64,000 nt of DNA, taken from positions 27,456-91,455 of the forward strand of contig JAKSMC010000005.1 of assembly GCA_024400835.1 (NCBI GenBank). Direction: 5' to 3'. This document shows, in pieces, positions 26,331-37,289 of the stretch. Within the stretch, counting starts at the first letter, position 1; each line of letters begins with the position of its first letter. Made by a program: the position numbers and the translations under genes. This DNA comes from Bacteroidales bacterium (lineage in GTDB: Bacteria; Bacteroidota; Bacteroidia; Bacteroidales; WCHB1-69). The notes beneath the pieces were generated by a model, which did not search any database, had not been told where the DNA came from, and saw only the letters and a list, made by a program, of their open reading frames with translations.

Positions 26331-28613
26331 ATGAAAAAGATAGTTATCGCGTTTGCGGCATTGCTGGCTGCATTGTCTGGCCCGGGATATGCGCAGGAGG
26401 GCAAAGGCCTTCCTCGGCTTGGGATAAGTTCGTTTGACGCAGTGCTGGCTGCCATGACCCTTGAGGAGAAAGCCGGATTGCTTGTTGGAGATCACGAATT
26501 TGACTACTACAAGAACGGGACCGTCAAGGAGAAGGTGCCCGGAGTGGCAGGGACGAGCCTGGCTATACCTCGCCTGGGTATCACCGCTACCTATTCCACC
26601 GACGGCCCTGCAGGCGTGAATCTGTGGGCGGAAGGTCAGGAAGAACCATATGCCTGCACCGCATTTCCCATCGGCTCGCTCTTGGCTTGCACGTGGGATG
26701 CCGAACTGGTGAAGGAGATTGGCGGGGCCATTGGAAACGAAGCGTTCGAGTATGGATGCGACATTGTGCTTGCCCCCGCCATCAACATTCAGAGAAATCC
26801 CCTTTGCGGCAGGAACTTCGAGTATTATTCCGAGGATCCGCTTTTGACGGGAAAGTTAGGCGCCGCTTTCGTGAACGGCATCCAGTCCCAGAAAGTCGGA
26901 GCCTCTGTCAAACATTTCGCCGTCAACAATCAGGAGACCTACCGTCGGGAAAACGATGCCCGAGTGTCCCAAAGGGCTTTGCGCGAAATCTATCTCAAGA
27001 ATTTTGAGATTGTCGTGAAGGAATCGCATCCCTGGACCGTCATGTCTTCCTACAATAGAATCAACGGCATGCCGACACAGGATAGCTATCCGTTGATGAC
27101 GACTATCCTTCGCGACGAATGGGGATTCAATGGCGTCGTGATGACCGACTGGACACGCCAGCTTAGGCACACGGCCCTACAACTCTTCTCGGGAAATGAA
27201 CTGCTCATGCCCGGTATGCCCGAGCAGATTGAGGATATTATTGCGTGTGTCAAGAACGGACGTCTGGCAGAGGAAACCTTAAATCTATCTGTCAGGAGAA
27301 TGTTGGAACTCATTGTCCGCACACCCACCTTCAAGCAGCTTCCGTACAGCAAGAACCCGGACCTCAAGGCCCACGCCGAGATAGCGAGAAGGGCCGCCAC
27401 TGAGGGAATGGTGCTTCTAAAGAACGAAGCAAGCACACTCCCTCTGGACGGGAAGAATCAGACAGTCGCACTCTTCGGACTGGGCTCGTACGACTTCTGT
27501 GCCACAGGCGTTGGGTCGGGCGAGGTGCAATCGACCCACGTCGTCAATCTGGTGGAAGGATTGGAAAATGCGGGATACAGGGTGCAGCCCGACATCAAGG
27601 CACTATATGCCAGCATTGGCGAAAAGAAATCCGAATACAAGCAGTTCGCCGATATGGTGGCTGAAGAGGAGATACACATCAGCAAGGCGTACGCCGCTGA
27701 AAGGGCGAAGGATGCAGACTTCGCTGTCATTACCATCCGAAGAACGGCTGGTGAGTACATAGACCGCCACAATATAGAAGGCGATTTTCAACTCACGCAG
27801 ACAGAGCAACTTCTTCTCAAGAATGTTTCCGAGGCATTCCACGCAGAAGGGAAGAAGGTCATCGTGGTCCTCAACACCGGCGGCGTTATCGAAACCTCGT
27901 CATGGAAGGATTATGCCGATGCCATTCTGCTGGCCTGGCAGGCAGGCATCGAGGGCGGAAACTCTGTGACGGACATTCTCACCGGCAAGAAGAATCCTTC
28001 GGGAAAACTTACGATGACTTGGCCTGTGGATTATTTCGATGTTCCATCCTCCGCCAATTTTCCCTACGACTTCTTCGGAAACAGTTGGAGAGAAGATTGG
28101 AAGAAATGGGACCCGTACAAAAAGAACACTGGCTATACCAACTACGACGAAGGAATCTGGGTGGGATACCGCTTCTTCAACACGAAGAAGGTCGCCGTCT
28201 CATTTCCTTTCGGATTCGGTTTGTCTTATACTACGTTTGAATACAGCGATGCCAACATCAAGCAGACGAAAGACACATACACTGTAACAGTTACGATTAC
28301 AAATACGGGTAAGGTCGCTGGTAAGGAGGTCGTCGAATTGTATGTCGCTGCCCCTGCCAACACAATGGAAAAGCCGTCGCGCGAGCTCAAAGCCTTTGCC
28401 AAAACCAAAGAACTCCAACCTGGGGAAAGCGAAACCGTGAGCATGACGTTTTCGAACTACGACATCGCATCTTTCAGCGAGGGCCGGAATTGTTGGATTA
28501 CCGAGGCAGGTACATACTATGCTGAAATCGGAGCCTCCGTGGAAGACATACGCCAAAGGGTAGCGTTCAAAGTGAGCAAGCAGCATACTACCGAAGTGTT
28601 GACAAGGCTGTAG
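26331..28613 (+). CDS. Glycoside hydrolase family 3 (beta-glucosidase/BglX-like)
   Basis: Motifs are KHFAVNNQE and GFNGVVMTDW (nucleophile Asp context). C-terminal Fn3-like domain, 760 aa, signal peptide. Confidence 0.9.
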   Translation: MKKIVIAFAALLAALSGPGYAQEGKGLPRLGISSFDAVLAAMTLEEKAGLLVGDHEFDYYKNGTVKEKVPGVAGTSLAIPRLGITATYSTDGPAGVNLWAEGQEEPYACTAFPIGSLLACTWDAELVKEIGGAIGNEAFEYGCDIVLAPAINIQRNPLCGRNFEYYSEDPLLTGKLGAAFVNGIQSQKVGASVKHFAVNNQETYRRENDARVSQRALREIYLKNFEIVVKESHPWTVMSSYNRINGMPTQDSYPLMTTILRDEWGFNGVVMTDWTRQLRHTALQLFSGNELLMPGMPEQIEDIIACVKNGRLAEETLNLSVRRMLELIVRTPTFKQLPYSKNPDLKAHAEIARRAATEGMVLLKNEASTLPLDGKNQTVALFGLGSYDFCATGVGSGEVQSTHVVNLVEGLENAGYRVQPDIKALYASIGEKKSEYKQFADMVAEEEIHISKAYAAERAKDADFAVITIRRTAGEYIDRHNIEGDFQLTQTEQLLLKNVSEAFHAEGKKVIVVLNTGGVIETSSWKDYADAILLAWQAGIEGGNSVTDILTGKKNPSGKLTMTWPVDYFDVPSSANFPYDFFGNSWREDWKKWDPYKKNTGYTNYDEGIWVGYRFFNTKKVAVSFPFGFGLSYTTFEYSDANIKQTKDTYTVTVTITNTGKVAGKEVVELYVAAPANTMEKPSRELKAFAKTKELQPGESETVSMTFSNYDIASFSEGRNCWITEAGTYYAEIGASVEDIRQRVAFKVSKQHTTEVLTRL

Positions 28614-28674
28614 TCGGCAGCTTTGTTCGTTTTGACCTATCTCACTGTACAAATTTGTCTGTCAGCTGCCAATG

Positions 28675-30093
28675 CTAATTATTAGTCGGTTGCTTGCTGT
28701 TTACCGCCTCCTGTTTGCAGTCAATCGCATCATCAAAGACGATGGCTTCGCGGTAGTCGCTCTTGCGGGCTGTGAGGGTGATGTTTTTCAGGAGCACGTT
28801 TTTGGCGTGTCGCACGTAGATGCCCCACGCGGGCAACTCCTTGTGCTGTGAGAATTCGGGGTAGGCCTCAGGCATCTCTGGAACTTTGTCTAACTCGTTG
28901 GTGCGCACGCAGGCCACGTTGGTGTCGCCGCCGCCCGGATAACTGAGGGTGATGTTTTCCAATGTTACGTTTTCAATGTAGTTGCCCTTCAACCCGATGA
29001 TGGAGGATGGCGAAGGATTGCGCGGGTAGTCCTCTACGGGCCCTTCGTATTCGTAGCCGGCATCGGCTTTGCCGTCGGGCACTTCGCAGTAGAGGTTGCG
29101 TATGGTGATGTCGTGCATGGAACTTCGACGTCCGCGGCGCTCGCCCACCACTAAGTAGAACGGGTTGCTGGTGTGTACGGCGTGCAGACTGTCCACCAAA
29201 ATGTCCTCGCAGATGCCGCCATCCACGCTCTGTATGGTGATGGCGCTGCGATGGGTGTCATATACTTTGTTGTTGACAATCTTGATGTTCTTGAATCCGC
29301 CCAATCCGAAGGTGCCCAACTTAATGCCGCTGGCGCTGGAGCGAGCCACGCAGTTGCGCACTTCCACGTTCTGACAGAGGTGGTCTCTGCTGTGCGATTT
29401 CAGGCAGATGGCGTCGTCGCTGGAGTTAAAATAGCTGTTGCTGAGCAGAAAATCGTCACAATCTACGATGTCGATGCCGTCGTTGTTCCAGAATGCTAAG
29501 CTCTCCACGTGGATATTATCGACCACCACGTGCTGGCACTGGTCGTAGGTCTGCACCCAGTCGGCGGCGTCTTTGAGCCAGATGCCGCTGATGTGGAGGT
29601 TTTGGCACTCACGGAAATAGACCAGTCGGGCGCGGCCGCCCACACGGTCGTATTTCAGCGGGTCTTTGAGGATGCCGTCGTAAACGGCCTGCGTGAAGTT
29701 GTTGGCTAATTCGCGACCGTTGCCCACGATGCAGCCCTTGCCGAAGATGCGGATGTCGTGCTCCTTCTCGGCAATGACCAACGCATAGCAGCCGGCCACC
29801 TTGTCGTAGTCGTACGGGTTGGTGGAGCCCACCAGGATGGCGCCCTCTTGCAGGTCGAGGTTGACGTTGCTGCGCAGGTGGATGCTGCCGGTAAGGTAGC
29901 GCCCCACCCAGAAACGGAGCGTGCCACCCCCTTGCTCCGAAATCCAGTCGATGGCTTTCTGTATGGAACGGGTGTTCATAGTGATTCCGTCGCTGCGGAT
30001 GCCGAACTTGGAGGCATTGTAAACGGTGTCCTGTGCGGCAAAGGCACAACTGATGAAGAGGAGGAACAGGAGGGTGATGGTCGCTTTTTTCAT
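28675..30093 (-). CDS. Glycoside hydrolase family 28 (polygalacturonase/rhamnogalacturonase-like, parallel beta-helix)
   Basis: The motif NNDGIDIVDC...SSDDAICLKS corresponds to the GH28 NTDG / G-DD-I-K motifs. Signal peptide present. Confidence 0.85.
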   Translation of the reverse strand: MKKATITLLFLLFISCAFAAQDTVYNASKFGIRSDGITMNTRSIQKAIDWISEQGGGTLRFWVGRYLTGSIHLRSNVNLDLQEGAILVGSTNPYDYDKVAGCYALVIAEKEHDIRIFGKGCIVGNGRELANNFTQAVYDGILKDPLKYDRVGGRARLVYFRECQNLHISGIWLKDAADWVQTYDQCQHVVVDNIHVESLAFWNNDGIDIVDCDDFLLSNSYFNSSDDAICLKSHSRDHLCQNVEVRNCVARSSASGIKLGTFGLGGFKNIKIVNNKVYDTHRSAITIQSVDGGICEDILVDSLHAVHTSNPFYLVVGERRGRRSSMHDITIRNLYCEVPDGKADAGYEYEGPVEDYPRNPSPSSIIGLKGNYIENVTLENITLSYPGGGDTNVACVRTNELDKVPEMPEAYPEFSQHKELPAWGIYVRHAKNVLLKNITLTARKSDYREAIVFDDAIDCKQEAVNSKQPTNN

Positions 30094-30135
30094 TTGTCGG
30101 TGTTTTTTGCGGTCGCAAATATAATAAATTGTTGG

Positions 30136-33003
30136 CTATTTCAAATGGTGCAGATACACGCTTCCCATCATGCCCATCGGCTTCAACGGCTGGGCCTTGC
30201 TGCCTTTGTTGGTCCAATATTGCGCAACGGGATTGTCGGTCAGACTTCTTACATAGTTGCCCATCGTGGTGATGACACGGATTTCTATCGTGTTTTTCCC
30301 TTTGTGCATGAATTTCTTGGGCAATGGGATTGGGGTGAAGAATTCGTCGAACAACAATAGGCGTTCGCCACAGAGCAAGGTGTCAACCACGTTGCCGTTT
30401 AGGAGGATGACTGCGGTGCCTTCGATGTAGGATATGCCTAATGAGTAGTCTTTGCCACGCTTGGCGTGGAAGTCCTTGACATAGGTGATCGTGCCTGAAA
30501 AATTGGGACGTAATGTGGCCATGTCCACTAAACTGTCCAATCGTAATTGTTCGATTGTGTCCAGTTGGGCGTGGGTTAGGGTGACCTTCCAATCATGGCT
30601 GATGTTTTTGCCCAACAGGTCAATCTCGGGTATGGCTGCCGTCTCAGGGATGGCGAGTGGGGTGGTGACATATAGGTAAGAGGTCGCCGATTTGATGAAG
30701 AAGGAGGGCTTCGGATGATAGGTGCCGTGCAGGGGGTCCCAGCAACTCAGTGATTTCCCGTGAATAGTGTCGGTAAGAGAGAGTCCGGGAGCCTTTTGGT
30801 CAACCGCGTCGCTGTTGCACACGAAAAAGATGTCTTCGCCGTCATCGGTTTTGTAGTGTATCTGCATCAGGTAGGGGTTGGGGTTGGCTATGGTGAGTGC
30901 GTGCGGCAAATGATACTCTTCTTGCAATTCTCGATACCAGCTCAAATAGTTGTTGTCGGGTTTGTCAACCATGTGGAAATGCTGTGGGTGATTTGCGGCC
31001 ATCCGCTCTATGCAGCCCTGTACGAGACTGTCGTTGCCCAGCAACCCGAGCGCCTTGTCGGGAACACTGTCGATGCAGAACAGCGTGCCGCCGCTTTCCA
31101 CAAACCGCTCCAACTGCTGGGCGCTCTCTGCCGACAGACTGCGCACGCCCAGAAGGAAAATCGTCCCGTAGCGTTGTTGCTTGTAGCAGAGTTGCCCGTC
31201 TTGGATGGTGGCATTGCGGATGATTTCTTCGGAAATATAGTCGCTGCTGCCTCCGTTTTTCATGATGGCTTCCCAAACCAAGGGCCTCCATTGGGCAAAC
31301 TGCTGGTTGGGGAAAGGCTCGTTCTGCATCCCGATTTGGCTCCACATGTCGCCGTCGGGGTTCAGGATGGCGATGTCTGCGTAGTGGGTGCAGTTTTGCA
31401 GCACGGCATACACGCGGGCTTTGTAGTCGTTGTAGGCCTTGAAGTAGGGCCACCAGTTGTTGCGCTCGTTGTAGTAGGCCCCGTAGCGAATCCATCCTGG
31501 GAAGGGCGCGTTAGGCGGCATATAGTTGAACCCGTGGTAGATACTTTGCGTCACGCCCGAGCAGATGCTCATGTCTCCGCCAATCTTGAGTTCCTTGAGG
31601 TCCATGTTGAAAACGTGGTAGGTGTTGGTCATCTCCTCGCAACTTACAATGTGCCTGCCTTCCAGGTGGGCGGCGGAGCTGACGTATTTGTTGACCATCG
31701 TGTAGGCCCGCCCCCGACGATAGTCGTGCTCCGGCATCTCAAAGCCGGGACGGTGGTGCAGGTAGTTGGTGGTCCACGATTCGCACTCGGGCATATCGAT
31801 GAGTTGGCTGCTCTCCAAGGGGAAGAAACCGCGCCCGTAGGCCTGCGCCCGCGATTGCAGCCCCATCCGGTGGCACCATTCCGTGTAAGGGATGGTGAAA
31901 TTCTCACGCAGGAGTTCTGCTTTGGTCAGTTCGAAGTCGTAACGCACGTGCTGCAACTGGTCGCGCAGACTGTCGCAAACGGGCACGAGCGGCTGGTAGG
32001 AGACGGGGTCCCCCATGCCTCTCGTAGGCCAGAGTATGTAGTTGAGGTACGGTACGATGTCGTAACCACGGCGTCGTTGAAATTCTTCCCGGAAGTGGTC
32101 GCTCCAGTTGGCGCCTTCTAATTCCATACTGTCCATGAACATTGCCCGCAGATAGACGCGCAGGGCGTCGGGCAAGGCCGTGGTGAGCGCGTCGCCCATG
32201 CGGTTGAGGTAGCGGTCAACGGCCGCGCGGTTGAAGTGGTCAACCACCGGTCCGTTGGCGCCGGGCGCCCCGTCAATGACGCGCATGAAGTCGCGGATTT
32301 GTACGATAGCGGACAGGATGAACTTGCCCTCGGGAATGGTGATGGCGTAGCGTCCGTTGCCGTCGTGTTGGGCAGAGACATCTACTCCTTGGCTGAGGTC
32401 GGTGCAGGGATTGGGGATGAGTTGTAAGGAAAATATCGAAAACTGGCGCGCTGGATTCGGGGAGGTGATTTTGGGGTCGGCACTGCGGAAGATCGTGGTG
32501 TCGAAGATGGTGAAGACTTGCGGACCTTCGATTTCGAGGGCGTACGGACAGAGAATCTGGGCGCGTTCCTTTTCGGGGACGAAAGTGCCTCCGATGGGCC
32601 AGCCCGAGCCTACCAGCAGGTCGCAGCCCATGCCCATCGCGCGGGCGCTGTCGAGCGTGGTGCGCAATACCGATAGCCATTCGTCGGAAAGCCAGGGTAG
32701 GGAAGCGATGCCCATACTGTCGTCGCCGTGTGTGGGAAACTCGATGGGGTTGATTTCCACGCCTCCGATGCCGGCCTCTTTCAAAAGGTGCAGCTCGCGA
32801 ACTAATTCATCTGCGTTGACTTTGTTGCCGTTCCACCACCAGCGTACCCACGGACGGTATTGCGTTGGAGGGTTTTGAAAAAGCTCGTACAAGGCGCTGA
32901 CGGTGGACGAGGGCTCCGACTGCTGCGCGTGGCTTGACAGAGGACCGCAAATCGTCAGTGACAGCAATAAGCAGGTGAGTATAGAGCGTGAAAAACGATT
33001 CAT
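30136..33003 (-). CDS. Large secreted glycoside hydrolase, tentatively GH106-like (alpha-L-rhamnosidase family)
   Basis: 955 aa with a signal peptide. The N-terminal YRPWVRWWWNGNKV...GIGGVEINPIEF is a pattern I associate with this family. The family assignment is not verified. Confidence 0.65.
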   Translation of the reverse strand: MNRFSRSILTCLLLSLTICGPLSSHAQQSEPSSTVSALYELFQNPPTQYRPWVRWWWNGNKVNADELVRELHLLKEAGIGGVEINPIEFPTHGDDSMGIASLPWLSDEWLSVLRTTLDSARAMGMGCDLLVGSGWPIGGTFVPEKERAQILCPYALEIEGPQVFTIFDTTIFRSADPKITSPNPARQFSIFSLQLIPNPCTDLSQGVDVSAQHDGNGRYAITIPEGKFILSAIVQIRDFMRVIDGAPGANGPVVDHFNRAAVDRYLNRMGDALTTALPDALRVYLRAMFMDSMELEGANWSDHFREEFQRRRGYDIVPYLNYILWPTRGMGDPVSYQPLVPVCDSLRDQLQHVRYDFELTKAELLRENFTIPYTEWCHRMGLQSRAQAYGRGFFPLESSQLIDMPECESWTTNYLHHRPGFEMPEHDYRRGRAYTMVNKYVSSAAHLEGRHIVSCEEMTNTYHVFNMDLKELKIGGDMSICSGVTQSIYHGFNYMPPNAPFPGWIRYGAYYNERNNWWPYFKAYNDYKARVYAVLQNCTHYADIAILNPDGDMWSQIGMQNEPFPNQQFAQWRPLVWEAIMKNGGSSDYISEEIIRNATIQDGQLCYKQQRYGTIFLLGVRSLSAESAQQLERFVESGGTLFCIDSVPDKALGLLGNDSLVQGCIERMAANHPQHFHMVDKPDNNYLSWYRELQEEYHLPHALTIANPNPYLMQIHYKTDDGEDIFFVCNSDAVDQKAPGLSLTDTIHGKSLSCWDPLHGTYHPKPSFFIKSATSYLYVTTPLAIPETAAIPEIDLLGKNISHDWKVTLTHAQLDTIEQLRLDSLVDMATLRPNFSGTITYVKDFHAKRGKDYSLGISYIEGTAVILLNGNVVDTLLCGERLLLFDEFFTPIPLPKKFMHKGKNTIEIRVITTMGNYVRSLTDNPVAQYWTNKGSKAQPLKPMGMMGSVYLHHLK

Positions 33004-33026
33004 AAGATGTCTTTGGAATGAGGTTG

Positions 33027-33075
33027 CAAAGGTAGAAAATAGTTTTTTTAGATACGCGCTTTTTTTCTACCTTTG
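33027..33075. promoter_or_regulatory. Divergent promoter pair, TACCTTTG on both strands (33034..33027 minus; 33068..33075 plus)
   Basis: Each box lies 14-24 nt upstream of its ATG (33003 minus, 33090 plus). Confidence 0.45.
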
Positions 33076-33089
33076 CGCGTTTTATTGAA

Positions 33090-33932
33090 ATGGTTATGCA
33101 ATCGCCTAAAGAACTGAATCTTAATGAAAAACTGCTGGACATTACTCGTGAACTGGTATGTCTGACTCCCGATAATGATGAACTGCCTTTGCGCGTGATG
33201 CGTACTCTGATTGAGGATCCTGAAATCCAGGCCGTGCAGGAATATGCCAACGCAGTGGCTATTGTGCGACTTGGCTTTAATGATCATGGTCCTGTGCACA
33301 TGCGCACGGTTTGTCGTAATGCACTCAAAATGCTCCGCATTCTGCATCAAGCAGGTGTGAAAACCAGTCTCGAGACTGAACAAACAGGTTCCTTTGCCGA
33401 CAGCATTACCGCTGTGATGCTCGCCGGATTCTTGCATGATTATGGTATGAGCATTACCCGTCAGGACCACGAACTCTACTCCGGCATCATGACTTATTCA
33501 GTTATCAACCGAATCTTGGATGAATGTTTGCCGTCACCTAAGGATATCAATCGTCGTGTGGCTGTTCGTTCAATAGCAATGGAAGCTATACTCGGTCATA
33601 TGGGCGGACGCAAAATCCATACCCTCGAAGCTGGTCTCATCCTTATCGCTGATGGCTGTGATATGACCAAGGGTAGGGCTCGTATCCCTATGGAAATCAA
33701 CACGAAACCTATGGTTGGTGATATCCATAAGTATTCTGCAAATTCTATCGAAACGGTTCATATCACCAAAGGCGAGCAAAAACCTATCAAGATTGAGGTC
33801 ATGATGAGTTCAGATGTCGGCTTCTTCCAAATCGAAGAGGTGCTCATCCCTAAAATCAACGCCAGCCCGGCCAAGAATCTGGTAGAACTCTATGCCGGTG
33901 TTATTGAACAAGAACCTAAGAAATATCTGTAG
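33090..33932 (+). CDS. HD domain phosphohydrolase-like protein
   Basis: Has H...HD spacing (GPVHMRTV ... FLHDYGMS). 280 aa. Confidence 0.65.
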   Translation: MVMQSPKELNLNEKLLDITRELVCLTPDNDELPLRVMRTLIEDPEIQAVQEYANAVAIVRLGFNDHGPVHMRTVCRNALKMLRILHQAGVKTSLETEQTGSFADSITAVMLAGFLHDYGMSITRQDHELYSGIMTYSVINRILDECLPSPKDINRRVAVRSIAMEAILGHMGGRKIHTLEAGLILIADGCDMTKGRARIPMEINTKPMVGDIHKYSANSIETVHITKGEQKPIKIEVMMSSDVGFFQIEEVLIPKINASPAKNLVELYAGVIEQEPKKYL

Positions 33933-33935
33933 TAT

Positions 33936-34604
33936 ATGAAACTTTATATCGTACCTACGCCAATTGGCAACCTCGAAGATATTACGCTACGTGCGCTCAA
34001 CGTGCTAAAGTCGGTGGACTTTATCTTGTGTGAGGATACGCGCACTACACGTAATCTGTTGAAACATTATGAAATAGACAAGCGATGCATGGCTTACCAT
34101 ATCTTCAACGAACACGAGCAGCTCGGGCACTATATCAATCAAATCAAGGCTTGCGAAAGTGTTGCTCTGGTGAGCGATGCCGGCACGCCGGGCATCTCTG
34201 ACCCCGGATTCCTTATAGCTCGAGAATGTATCGCCAACGACATTGAGGTGGAGTGCCTGCCGGGTGCGACGGCTTTCGTGCCTGCGATTGTCCAGTCCGG
34301 GCTTCCGTGCAGCAGCTTCTATTTTTACGGGTTCCTTCCTCATAAGAAAGGAAAAGAGTCCTTGCTGAAGCGCGTGGCGGAAATGGAAGAGACGGTCATC
34401 TTCTACGAGTCACCGCATCGCCTGCTCAAATCCCTGGAGAAAATGATGGAAATCATTGGCCCAGATAGAAGAATCTCCATCTCTAAGGAGTTGACTAAAA
34501 TCTACAATTATACCTTTCGTGGCACCATCGCTGAAGCGGTCGAATTCTTTGGCCAGAAAGAGGTGAAAGGAGAGTTCGTCATGGTGCTCGCAGGTAAAAA
34601 CTAA
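33936..34604 (+). CDS. rsmI: 16S rRNA (cytidine1402-2'-O)-methyltransferase RsmI
   Basis: The N-terminus LYIVPTPIGNLEDITLRALNVLKSVDFILCEDTRTT is the RsmI signature. Confidence 0.9.
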   Translation: MKLYIVPTPIGNLEDITLRALNVLKSVDFILCEDTRTTRNLLKHYEIDKRCMAYHIFNEHEQLGHYINQIKACESVALVSDAGTPGISDPGFLIARECIANDIEVECLPGATAFVPAIVQSGLPCSSFYFYGFLPHKKGKESLLKRVAEMEETVIFYESPHRLLKSLEKMMEIIGPDRRISISKELTKIYNYTFRGTIAEAVEFFGQKEVKGEFVMVLAGKN

Positions 34605-34607
34605 CCA

Positions 34608-35360
34608 ATGAATATGATGTCATGCAGACGGAAACATTCTGTTCTATGTTCACTACGGATGATCATTGTAGGAGCATTCATTCTTTATTTGCTGCCAGTC
34701 TCCTCTTTCGGGCAGACGGACAATACCTCCAAGGGCTATCAAAAAGGGATTGAGTTTAATTATTCCGCCTTGGCAGGTTATTGGGGTGGTCGCAATGCGA
34801 ATGATAGAGATTGCCATGATGGTATACAAATAACCTCCTTCGTGCACTCTTATATTCGGTCAAACCTCTCGTTCAACCTTTGTTTTGTGAATGGCTATCG
34901 CCTTAATTCCTATCTGTTTATGGGCGGTGGGATTGGACTCTCTGGTGTTTTCTTCAAAGAAGTTGAGCATGTCTATTTTGAACACTATAACGGTGAGTTT
35001 GGTGGCCCGTACAACCAGATTTTCGAATATGAGGAGTACTCATTGCAGATTCCGCTCTTTGCTCGCTTTCAGGTGGATTTCCTATCCAAGAAGTGCTCTC
35101 CTTTTTTCTCGCTGGATTTGGGTGGTAACTTTTGCGTTCATAATGCTTTAATGGATTATAAAGAGTGGTGTGATCTCAAAGGGGATTTCTATGGGCACAA
35201 CGTCATTATCCGACCGGCCGTGGGCTTGAAAGTCCATTTTAAGCAGAATCAATCCCTATACCTTGCCTTCGTGTACGATCGGACATATACGCCAGATGGT
35301 GAAACCTATTCCCAACATATAAACCACTCCCTCGGTGCCCGCCTGGGCTTTGAATTTTGA
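34608..35360 (+). CDS. Hypothetical outer-membrane beta-barrel-like protein
   Basis: Has an N-terminal hydrophobic signal and alternating aromatic pattern. The C-terminal LGARLGFEF ends in Phe, as in OMP beta-signals. Confidence 0.5.
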   Translation: MNMMSCRRKHSVLCSLRMIIVGAFILYLLPVSSFGQTDNTSKGYQKGIEFNYSALAGYWGGRNANDRDCHDGIQITSFVHSYIRSNLSFNLCFVNGYRLNSYLFMGGGIGLSGVFFKEVEHVYFEHYNGEFGGPYNQIFEYEEYSLQIPLFARFQVDFLSKKCSPFFSLDLGGNFCVHNALMDYKEWCDLKGDFYGHNVIIRPAVGLKVHFKQNQSLYLAFVYDRTYTPDGETYSQHINHSLGARLGFEF

Positions 35361-35439
35361 ACTTTGGATTTTGATGTAGTTGAATTTTTTAGGCAAATAT
35401 ATACTTGTTGACCCGAATATTTTGATTTTATAATGATTT

Positions 35440-35870
35440 GGGCGGCCCGGCACCACCTACCCGCAATCCAACGCGGTGCCGTCGCGCTTTTTGCCCTAAC
35501 TTGCTGCCCACCCACATGCGCCGTCAGGCGCAAATTCGTTTCAGATTTGCAAAGATTTGCTTCCATATAAAACACCCCGTCCTCCCACCCGCACGCAAGT
35601 AAATGGGCTCCAATCGCTGCCGCGGTCCCACATAGCATAGACCGTGGGTCTTATTTGTGTCCGATTTGCATAGATTTGCTTCCCCTACAGGCGGCGACAG
35701 CAGGTATTTCCTTCGGCGCATGCTATCCCGCGCCGCCACCACCGTACCTCGCCATTCCTCCCCGGATTGCGCCCTTCATTACATTCCAGGCTACAGAGAT
35801 TCAACCCCTAACGGGGTTGCTGAAGGCACGGCTGCGCCGTGATATTTTTTGGAACAGGTAAAGTAGTATA
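35440..35870. other. GC-rich non-coding island with internal 21-bp direct repeats and several short hairpins
   Basis: GATTTGCAaAGATTTGCTTCC is at 35544..35564 and GATTTGCAtAGATTTGCTTCC at 35663..35683. Hairpins include GCGCC-GTCA-GGCGC and CCCAC...GTGGG. Only short overlapping ORFs on both strands. Confidence 0.5.
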
Positions 35871-35888
35871 TAGTTGCCATTTTTTTTA

Positions 35889-35896
35889 TATCTTTG
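35889..35896 (+). promoter_or_regulatory. -7 box TATCTTTG for eno
   Basis: Lies 31 nt upstream of the ATG at 35927. Confidence 0.5.
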
Positions 35897-35905
35897 CCCG
35901 ATTAA

Positions 35906-37216
<1,311 letters not shown>

Positions 37217-37240
37217 TCCTTTGTTGATGATAAAAGAAAA

Positions 37241-37270
37241 AGGCCGCTCATTGAGTGGCCTTTTTCTTTT
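37241..37270. terminator. Hairpin plus T-run between convergent eno and the response regulator gene
   Basis: AGGCCGCTCA-T-TGAGTGGCCT followed by TTTTTCTTTT, with an A-run on the left. Confidence 0.7.
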
Positions 37271-37289
37271 TATGTTGTATATATAAATG

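Noticed and set aside
30760-32121. 453-aa plus-strand ORF (and neighbours 29609..30360, 30965..31495) in the glycosidase region
   Set aside because: It is antisense to GC-rich glycosidase genes that have signal peptides and family motifs. The translations are Arg/Gly/Val/His-rich, typical of GC-rich antisense frames.
35306-35861. Several 60-110-aa ORFs on both strands in the GC-rich island upstream of eno
   Set aside because: They are mutually overlapping, Arg/Pro/Ala-rich and have no promoter boxes. They are more likely compositional artefacts.
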